IMG/VR virus record: IMGVR_UViG_3300025889_000073
Span: 107,729 to 171,728 of that record
Origin: a virus
DNA: 64,000 nucleotides
Strand: one strand, 5' to 3'
In this document: in pieces, positions 49,450 through 56,389 of the stretch
Position numbering within the stretch: position 1 is the first letter of the stretch
Layout: each line of letters opens with the position of its first letter
The notes under the pieces: model-generated
The model's input: only the letters and a program-made list of their open reading frames with translations
The model's database searches: none
What the model was told of the DNA's origin: nothing
Position numbers and translations under genes: made by a program

Positions 49450-50583
49450 ATGTCAATTTTAAAAATTAAACCGTATGGCGAATTTACGGAAGAACATCGC
49501 CAAATCGTGGAAAATAATTTGAGAAAAGATGTATTCCACGAATTCTATACGAATTCATCTTACAAATCATTGAAATTTAAAGGAACACACTTAGTTCCTG
49601 AATCTGTAATCAATCGTGATGGTGAAGGCAGTTCACAATCAACCAGATATAATGGATTAAATCCGAAATATTCTGAATTGAAATCTGGTATTTTAGAGAC
49701 CGGTTGGCAGTTGTATCAACGTCCAATTTCTCTTAAAGAAACTAAAGATAAAAAGTATATTTTTCTGGATGGCCGAACAAAAGATAAAATTTTAACGGAA
49801 GTTAAATTTAAAAATCGGATTGTTAATATATACGAAATTGATGAATCTGAGGAAGAATATTTTAATGTAGCCTTGAACAATGGTGTGGATAACCCACCTG
49901 CTGGTTTAATGTTACAGGAAGATGTTGTCGGGATTATGTTGCGCCAAATTAAAAATGGTTACTTACAAAATGACCCCGATGAAATTTTAAAAGCAGTTAA
50001 TCTAGCCTGTGGTAATGGTAAATTTTCATCAAACAAACGTGATGAAATCCGTTGGCAAGTTTATCATCGTGAACTGAATATTCAAAACACAAACTTACTT
50101 CCAAAGTCCTGGGCTAATGCTGGTGAAGTTAATTTGTGGTTACAAACACACAATTATATAAACAACAACAAAGTTTTGTATTTGCCATATTCTTCAACAT
50201 CTGCACCGAAAGCACTTGTAGCAGCTGCAAGCAAATCGCAACAAAATCCAAATAAAGAAATTAGAGTGGTTATTTACATACGAAATTTCTTAGGTGTTGA
50301 TTTGGAAAAATTCTATATCAAATCAATGTTGAAATTTAAAAATGAATGGTATAGGTTCCTTAATGAGTTTGGCCAAGCATATTTCGATAACAAGAATCCT
50401 TTAGACACAAAGGTTAAGTTATATGGTTGTGTTCCATCCAATATTGAAGGTTTATGTGAAGATATGAATAACATGATTATCTTTAACAAAAACGACCAAA
50501 AGATTGATGAGAATTATATTCTTTCAAATTCTTTAGACATTGATTCGTTTGTGGAAGAAGATGATGAGGAAGAAATGGTATGA
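49450..50583 (+). CDS. hypothetical protein with a ParB/Srx-like N-terminal domain
   Basis: QSTR...YSELKSGILETGW....PI......KYIFLDGRTK..IL resembles the ParB-N pattern Q.R...L..SI...G...PI.....GxxR. Acidic C-terminal tail. Confidence 0.55.
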   Translation: MSILKIKPYGEFTEEHRQIVENNLRKDVFHEFYTNSSYKSLKFKGTHLVPESVINRDGEGSSQSTRYNGLNPKYSELKSGILETGWQLYQRPISLKETKDKKYIFLDGRTKDKILTEVKFKNRIVNIYEIDESEEEYFNVALNNGVDNPPAGLMLQEDVVGIMLRQIKNGYLQNDPDEILKAVNLACGNGKFSSNKRDEIRWQVYHRELNIQNTNLLPKSWANAGEVNLWLQTHNYINNNKVLYLPYSSTSAPKALVAAASKSQQNPNKEIRVVIYIRNFLGVDLEKFYIKSMLKFKNEWYRFLNEFGQAYFDNKNPLDTKVKLYGCVPSNIEGLCEDMNNMIIFNKNDQKIDENYILSNSLDIDSFVEEDDEEEMV

Positions 50584-50858
50584 TTGATTACAAATATAGT
50601 GAGGATAGAATCTTAAAAGAATTACAGTCTTATGTAGATTCTACTTACAACGAACACTACTCACAAAATAAATTTCAGGCAACTGAGTTTATTATGGATA
50701 GTGGCCACGGCGAAGGGTTCTGTATTGGTAATATTATGAAATATGCTCAACGATACGGTAAAAAAGATGGATACAATAGAAAAGACTTGCTTAAAGTTTT
50801 ACACTATGGTATAATGGCTCTTCACAATCATGATTTGAAAAAGGATAATAGATTATGA
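50580..50858 (+). CDS. DUF3310-like protein
   Basis: HY.....Q..EFI......GFCIGNIMKY..RYGKK.G..KDLLK..HY. Confidence 0.8.
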   Translation: MIDYKYSEDRILKELQSYVDSTYNEHYSQNKFQATEFIMDSGHGEGFCIGNIMKYAQRYGKKDGYNRKDLLKVLHYGIMALHNHDLKKDNRL

Positions 50859-51535
50859 AATTTTCGAGTGAAACAATTGGTATTTTAAAAAACTTTGGTA
50901 ATATTAACCAAGGCATCATGTTTAAAAAAGGTAAGACACTTAAAACTGTTTCGCCACATAAAAACATTTTGACTCATGCTGAGATTCAGGAAGATATTCC
51001 TACTGACTTTGGTGTTTATGATTTGCCACATTTCCTCTCGACCATGTCGGCATTTAAAGATGTTCCAAGTCTGGAGTTTGAAGAAAAACAAATGTTTATT
51101 GTTGGACCACAAGGTGACAAATTCACCTATCGTTTTTGTGAACCAACAATGATTGTTCTTCCGCCTGAAAAAGAATTGGTCATGCCTGACCCAGAAGTTA
51201 AGTTTGAAATTTCTAATGATAACTTTGACAAATTCATGCGAGCTGCAAACATTCTATCGTCACCACAAATTGCAATCAAATCGGATGGCCAAAATGTGAA
51301 TATTGTTTCTTTGGATATGCAAAACGACTCTGCACATACCTATTCACTTAATGTTTCTGAAGGTAATGGTGATACCTATCAGATTGTATTTAAAACTGAA
51401 AACTTCAGTAAAATACTTTCTGGTACTTATGAATTTTCTTATTCGTCTAAGGGTGTTTCACACTTTAAAAATAAGAATCTTAATTTGAAATACTGGGTGA
51501 CGAGTGAAGCTGGTTCCAGTTTCACCAAAGGTTAA
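50855..51535 (+). CDS. gp45: sliding clamp gp45
   Basis: ILKNF.NIN.GI, FGVYDL..FL and FK.EN...GTY; precedes gp44. Confidence 0.92.
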   Translation: MKFSSETIGILKNFGNINQGIMFKKGKTLKTVSPHKNILTHAEIQEDIPTDFGVYDLPHFLSTMSAFKDVPSLEFEEKQMFIVGPQGDKFTYRFCEPTMIVLPPEKELVMPDPEVKFEISNDNFDKFMRAANILSSPQIAIKSDGQNVNIVSLDMQNDSAHTYSLNVSEGNGDTYQIVFKTENFSKILSGTYEFSYSSKGVSHFKNKNLNLKYWVTSEAGSSFTKG

Positions 51536-51564
51536 TTTTATTATGTTTTTTGTGAGGAGTTCCT

Positions 51565-52497
51565 ATGGAACATTTGTTATGGACAGAGAAGTATCGGCCT
51601 CAGACGGTGGAAGATTGTATTCTTCCTGACCGTCTGAAAAAGCCGTTTCAAGAATATGTAGACCAAAAAAATATACCAAACTTTTTATTGAGTGGCGGCG
51701 CCGGTGTCGGTAAGACAACCGTTGCTAAAGCAATGTGTGAAGAAATTGGTTGCGATTATATGGTCATCAATGGTTCTGATGAATCTGGCATTGATACTTT
51801 TAGGATGAAGATTAAGAACTATGCTTCTTCAATGTCTCTTGCTGGTGGCCGAAAAGTCATCATCATTGACGAAGCTGATTATCTAAACCCAAATTCAACA
51901 CAACCAGCTTTGCGTAATGCGATTGAAGAATTCGCAAGCAATTGTTCGTTCATTTTCACCTGTAATTACAAGAATCGAATCATTGAACCACTCCACTCTC
52001 GGTGTGCAGTAATTGATTTTGGTTTGAGAAATGGTGAAAAACAAAAGATGGCCTCTGCGTTTTTCAAGCGTATTCAGTCTATTTTGCAAAGTGAAAAAAT
52101 CGACTTTGAAGACAAGGTTCTTGCTGAGTTGGTGAAGAAACACTTTCCAGATTTTCGGAGAGTGATTAATGAGTTACAGCGTTACAGTCAATTTGGTTCT
52201 ATTGATACTGGTATCTTGGCACAAATCGCCGATATATCACTATCTGAAATTATAAAGAGCCTCAAAGAGAAAGATTTCGGTTCTGTTCGTAAATGGGTTG
52301 CTACACATGAAGTAGACCCAAATACACTTTACCGTAAACTTTATGATGCAATGTATGATTCGCTGAAACCCCAATCTATCCCTCAAGCGGTTGTTATTCT
52401 TGCTGACTACCAGTATAAGACGGCTTTTGTTGCTGACCAAGAAATTAATACAGTTGCTTGTTTGACTGAGTTGATGGTGAATTGTGAATTTGTATGA
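51565..52497 (+). CDS. gp44: clamp loader ATPase subunit gp44
   Basis: WTEKYRP, GGAGVGKTT, IIDEAD, SRC and FPDFRR. Confidence 0.97.
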   Translation: MEHLLWTEKYRPQTVEDCILPDRLKKPFQEYVDQKNIPNFLLSGGAGVGKTTVAKAMCEEIGCDYMVINGSDESGIDTFRMKIKNYASSMSLAGGRKVIIIDEADYLNPNSTQPALRNAIEEFASNCSFIFTCNYKNRIIEPLHSRCAVIDFGLRNGEKQKMASAFFKRIQSILQSEKIDFEDKVLAELVKKHFPDFRRVINELQRYSQFGSIDTGILAQIADISLSEIIKSLKEKDFGSVRKWVATHEVDPNTLYRKLYDAMYDSLKPQSIPQAVVILADYQYKTAFVADQEINTVACLTELMVNCEFV

Positions 52498-52787
52498 TAG
52501 ATTCGATTTTCAGACCTACTATAGAATGGATTAAAGATGACTGGCGTAGTAATTCGTTTAGATTTATTATTGAAGTGTTTGCTTGGGCTATTAGCATTGG
52601 CTGTAGTATTACCATGGCTCTCACCGTTCCTAACCCACCCCTTATTGTCTTATACCCTATTTGGATTTTGGGTTGTAGTATGTACGCTTGGGCTGCCTAT
52701 ACTCGCCGCAGTTTTGGTATGCTCGCTAATTATCTACTACTTGTCACCATTGACACCACAGGACTAATTAGGATGTTGTTGCAATGA
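52494..52787 (+). CDS. small membrane protein (about 3 TM helices) between the clamp-loader genes
   Basis: Three hydrophobic stretches; ATGA overlaps at both ends. Confidence 0.6.
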   Translation: MIDSIFRPTIEWIKDDWRSNSFRFIIEVFAWAISIGCSITMALTVPNPPLIVLYPIWILGCSMYAWAAYTRRSFGMLANYLLLVTIDTTGLIRMLLQ

Positions 52788-53173
52788 GTGGACCTTTTGA
52801 TTATGTAAATTCAATACTACAAAATAAGAAACAGTTAATTGTTGATGAGTTGACTGAACGTGAATATATACCATTTTTAACAAATAGGAGTTTGTCGTAC
52901 CATAAAGATTGTGTTTTATTTGCAAATGAGGTCAATATGAGACACCATTTGGATAAAAAGTTACAATTTGATTTTCTTATAAATATAATCAGGGCTCAGA
53001 AAAGACCCTTTGCGAAGTGGATAAAAGCTGAAAAGAGTGAAGATTTAGAATGTATAAAGACTGTCTTTAAATTCTCAGATTCTAAAGCAAAAGAAGCTTT
53101 ACGTCTACTAAACGAGAAACAAATCCAACAATTAAAAGAACAAACCGATACGGGTGGATTAAGGAAAAAATAA
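52784..53173 (+). CDS. gp62: clamp loader small subunit gp62
   Basis: PFDYVNSI, Y.PFL.NRSLSY..D, LQFDFLIN..R..KR.F.KW and C-terminal GG. Confidence 0.92.
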   Translation: MSGPFDYVNSILQNKKQLIVDELTEREYIPFLTNRSLSYHKDCVLFANEVNMRHHLDKKLQFDFLINIIRAQKRPFAKWIKAEKSEDLECIKTVFKFSDSKAKEALRLLNEKQIQQLKEQTDTGGLRKK

Positions 53174-53174
53174 T

Positions 53175-53576
53175 ATGGTGGACTTAAACAATTTTATTGA
53201 AGTGGGTCTAAAGGAACAAGATGATTTTTTAAAAATTCGTGAAACATTAACTAGAATAGGAGTATCTTCCAGGCGAGAAAAGGTTTTGTATCAATCTTGC
53301 CACATTTTACATAAACAAGGAAGATACTATATCGTACACTTTAAAGAATTATTTGGTTTAGATGGTAAACCTTCAAACTTATCCGAAAATGACATACAAA
53401 GACGTAATGCAATTGCAAAATTACTTGAAGATTGGGGATTACTTAAAATTCTAAACCATGAAAGAATTGGTAATAATGTTGCCCCATTACACCAAGTTAA
53501 AATTATTTCTTTTAAAGAAAAAGAGGAATGGGAATTGGTTACTAAATACAATATTGGTAAAAAGTCTAACGAATAA
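53175..53576 (+). CDS. regA: translational repressor RegA
   Basis: DDFLKIRETLTRIG and LYQSCHILHKQGRYYIVHFKELF.LDG. Confidence 0.97.
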   Translation: MVDLNNFIEVGLKEQDDFLKIRETLTRIGVSSRREKVLYQSCHILHKQGRYYIVHFKELFGLDGKPSNLSENDIQRRNAIAKLLEDWGLLKILNHERIGNNVAPLHQVKIISFKEKEEWELVTKYNIGKKSNE

Positions 53577-53589
53577 CCTTTTGGAGTTT

Positions 53590-53778
53590 ATGATGAAAAA
53601 AGTGAAAGACAAATTGATAAAACTGAAAAACAAATATAGTAATGAAATTGTGTTTACCCGAAACTACAATGAGGTAGTTAAGGAAAACAATATGGAATTT
53701 ATCCGTGTATATAATGAAAACAATCCTCAAAGAACCTTTCTTGTTAACCGGGATGCTTTCACTATTGTGGATAAATAA
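53590..53778 (+). CDS. small hypothetical protein
   Basis: GGAG SD followed by ATG at 53590; fills the regA-hsp20 gap. Confidence 0.55.
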   Translation: MMKKVKDKLIKLKNKYSNEIVFTRNYNEVVKENNMEFIRVYNENNPQRTFLVNRDAFTIVDK

Positions 53779-53781
53779 AAT

Positions 53782-53828
53782 TGTGGTGCCTTATGGGCCA
53801 CATATTTTGTAACCTCGCTTAAAAGGAG
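53782..53828 (+). promoter_or_regulatory. ROSE-like RNA thermometer leader of hsp20
   Basis: 5' hairpin TGTGG..CCACA, then CTCGCT-TAAA-AGGAG, which pairs the SD with a bulged G. Confidence 0.55.
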
Positions 53829-53835
53829 AAAAACT

Positions 53836-54318
53836 ATGGTAACACGACTTTCTTTTGGTCCTTTACATCACTCAACACTTGGATTCGACCGATTCTTTGA
53901 TGAAGTTGAAAAGATGTTGAATGTTGATGTGACAAAGACCGTTTCAAACTTCCCACCACACAATATTATTAAACTTGATGAGTCTCGTTATGTCGTTGAG
54001 TTGGCCGTTGCTGGCTTCTCAAAGGATGAAATTGATATTTCTGTTGATGAAAACGTATTGACCGTGAAAGGTGTGAAGGACGAAAAAGAAACATCTGTCG
54101 AATACCTACATAAAGGTATTGGAACACGTTCATTCACAAAAACTCTTACAATTGCTGACACAATCGAAGTAAAAGGTGCAGAGTTTAAGGATGGTATTCT
54201 ACGCATTGGTTTGGAGAATATTATTCCTGAACACAAGAAACCTCGCAAGATTGAAATTGGAAACAATTTGAAAGAGTTCACACCTCAATTGCTGCAGGAA
54301 GAAAAACTCGCAGCATAA
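53836..54318 (+). CDS. hsp20: small heat-shock protein Hsp20 (IbpA-like)
   Basis: GFDRFF, FPPHNI, LAVAGF, YLHKGI..RSF, DGIL.I.L and IPEHKKPRKIEI. Confidence 0.95.
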   Translation: MVTRLSFGPLHHSTLGFDRFFDEVEKMLNVDVTKTVSNFPPHNIIKLDESRYVVELAVAGFSKDEIDISVDENVLTVKGVKDEKETSVEYLHKGIGTRSFTKTLTIADTIEVKGAEFKDGILRIGLENIIPEHKKPRKIEIGNNLKEFTPQLLQEEKLAA

Positions 54319-54322
54319 ACCT

Positions 54323-54345
54323 TGGGGCTTCGGCCCCATTTTATT
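54323..54345 (+). terminator. C(UUCG)G tetraloop hairpin/terminator after hsp20
   Basis: TGGGGC-TTCG-GCCCCA followed by TTTTATT. Confidence 0.8.
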
Positions 54346-54792
54346 ATGATGAAAATTAAATTTCAAAAAGCACATATGGATGTGGCAGAAGTTTATTCAA
54401 AATTATCTTCTGCTGAAAGACTTCAAGTTGGATGTGTCATTGTAAAAGATAATACCATCATTGGTATTGGTTACAATGGTATGCCTTCTGGATGGTCCAA
54501 TGTCTGTGAGATGGAGGTTCCAGATACAACTTCAGGTTTTAATGGAACTTCCACAAAGTCTGTAACAAGACCAGAAGTACTTCATGCAGAATCAAATGCC
54601 ATTGCTAAGGTGGCCAGGTCGACAAACTCAACAGATGGTGCTAGTATGTTTATTACTCATGCTCCTTGTATAGATTGCGCTAAAATGATTTACCAGGCAG
54701 GAATATCTTCCGTGTATTACAGAGAATCATATCGGAATGATGACGGTTTAAATTTTTTAAAGCGATGTGACGTAAGTGTATTAAAACTATAA
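54346..54792 (+). CDS. dCMP deaminase
   Basis: VGCVIV, GYNG.P, HAESNAI and PCIDC zinc motifs. Confidence 0.92.
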   Translation: MMKIKFQKAHMDVAEVYSKLSSAERLQVGCVIVKDNTIIGIGYNGMPSGWSNVCEMEVPDTTSGFNGTSTKSVTRPEVLHAESNAIAKVARSTNSTDGASMFITHAPCIDCAKMIYQAGISSVYYRESYRNDDGLNFLKRCDVSVLKL

Positions 54793-54804
54793 AGGAACAA
54801 TTTT

Positions 54805-55266
54805 ATGTTAGTCTTACCTGATGAATTGGTAGTAAAGCCAATAGGTTTTACTTGTTCAACATTTGATTTACTTCATGCTGGACACATTCTAATGTTAGCT
54901 GAAGCAAAAAAACTCTGTGATTATTTAATTGTAGGACTTCAAAGTGACCCATCGATTGACAGGCCTAATGAAAAAAATAAGCCTGTTCAATCAATCGTTG
55001 AGAGATATGTACAGTTAGAGGCAGTAAAATTTGTAGATGAAATTATCGTTTACAATACAGAGAAAGACTTAGAAGATTTGTTGATGTTTTTACCAATTAA
55101 TGTTCGTATTATTGGTGAAGAATATGAAGGCAAAGAATTCACAGGAAAAGAAATTTGTGAAGACAGGGGTATAAAGATTTTTTACAACTCCCGTAAACAC
55201 CGTTTCAGTTCTTCTGAGCTGCGCCAACGTACATATCATTCTGAATTGCTAAAGGAGAAATTCTAA
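54805..55266 (+). CDS. cytidylyltransferase (TagD-like)
   Basis: FDLLHAGH (HxGH) and SSSELR motifs. Confidence 0.88.
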   Translation: MLVLPDELVVKPIGFTCSTFDLLHAGHILMLAEAKKLCDYLIVGLQSDPSIDRPNEKNKPVQSIVERYVQLEAVKFVDEIIVYNTEKDLEDLLMFLPINVRIIGEEYEGKEFTGKEICEDRGIKIFYNSRKHRFSSSELRQRTYHSELLKEKF

Positions 55267-55637
55267 TGTGTAAAGTTTTTACCGATGTGCAGATGTTTAT
55301 GTCTGCTGCAGGTCAATCTATCAACAAAAATAATCCAGAACAATCTGATTTATATTCTAAACTTATCACAGAAGAATATTCTGAATTCTGTGAAGCATTT
55401 CAACAAGATGATGAGGTTGAAATGGCAGATGCTTGTTTTGATATGATTTGGGTTATTGTTGGTTTTATGGCATCAAAAGGTTGGGATTGTAATGCCATTT
55501 GGGATGAAGGTACAAAGTCTAACCTTGCCAAAATTGACAAAGAAACCGGTAAGGTTTTAAAACGTGAAGACGGCAAAGTGATGAAACCAGAAGGTTGGCA
55601 ACCACCAAACTTTGGTAAATTTGTTGAAAAGATTTGA
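55266..55637 (+). CDS. MazG-like/all-alpha NTP pyrophosphohydrolase
   Basis: LI.EE..E......D.VE.ADA..D, SNLAK and REDGKVMKP.GW.PP. Confidence 0.85.
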   Translation: MCKVFTDVQMFMSAAGQSINKNNPEQSDLYSKLITEEYSEFCEAFQQDDEVEMADACFDMIWVIVGFMASKGWDCNAIWDEGTKSNLAKIDKETGKVLKREDGKVMKPEGWQPPNFGKFVEKI

Positions 55638-55662
55638 CATATATAAAATTTTCAGATATAAT
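55634..55662 (+). promoter_or_regulatory. consensus sigma70 promoter
   Basis: TTGACA-17 nt-TATAAT. Confidence 0.8.
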
Positions 55663-55688
55663 ATTTGTATATTTTTTGAGGACTAAAA

Positions 55689-55913
55689 ATGAACATTCGT
55701 GAAGTTGCTAAGAAACTGGCCGTAGAGTACAAGATGCCTAAGGCCGAAAAATATAGTTTGGCCCTAAGGGAGTTTGATAAAATGGTTGAGGTTCTTGGAT
55801 TCGTTCAAGACCCTAATTACAACATGGCCGACTTTGAAGGCCGTGAAATGCTTTTCCCAAAACGCTGGGTTACCATCGGCGTGTTGCCTGAGGAGACAAC
55901 AATAAATGTATAA
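55689..55913 (+). CDS. hypothetical protein
   Basis: GAGGA SD, downstream of a strong promoter. Confidence 0.6.
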   Translation: MNIREVAKKLAVEYKMPKAEKYSLALREFDKMVEVLGFVQDPNYNMADFEGREMLFPKRWVTIGVLPEETTINV

Positions 55914-56076
55914 TTTGTTTTATATAAATCCTGAAAGTTTTATGGTGCATACTGAGAACTTTCAAACCTTCAAAGAAGTCTCCGATTTCGGTCTAACACT
56001 AGAAGAAGGTTCTATATTAGAAATTACAAACGACACTCCTTTGAAATTATCTGAACCTCCTATTGAAAATGATTAA
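55906..56076 (+). CDS. small hypothetical protein (56 aa, below the ORF-track cut-off)
   Basis: MYNLFYINPESF...PPIEND; GAGGAG SD; overlaps both neighbours and fills the gap exactly. Confidence 0.55.
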   Translation: MYNLFYINPESFMVHTENFQTFKEVSDFGLTLEEGSILEITNDTPLKLSEPPIEND

Positions 56077-56377
56077 ACTTATCACCTTTAAAACAAATCA
56101 AACCATTCTAGCCGAAGTTGTGCGTGAATCGCAAAGTGGTATTATGGTAAAAACTCCTGTACAAGTCGTAAGTATGCCAAATCAAAACGGCCCAATGGAA
56201 GCTTCACAACTTGCTTTCATGCCTTTTCTGGAATATTCTGAAGAATTTAAGACCGGAATTCAATTTAACCTTGATGACGTTCTAACAATCAATACACCAG
56301 TTCGTGAATTGGAAAATCAGTATAATCAAATATTTGGGAGTGGTATTCAAATTGCCTCGTCCATTCCAAAAATGTGA
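56069..56377 (+). CDS. conserved hypothetical (Sm-like) protein upstream of gp43
   Basis: IKLITFKTNQTILAEV...PF...Y.QIFGSGI pattern; synteny. Confidence 0.65.
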   Translation: MIKLITFKTNQTILAEVVRESQSGIMVKTPVQVVSMPNQNGPMEASQLAFMPFLEYSEEFKTGIQFNLDDVLTINTPVRELENQYNQIFGSGIQIASSIPKM

Positions 56378-56389
56378 TATAATGATTGA

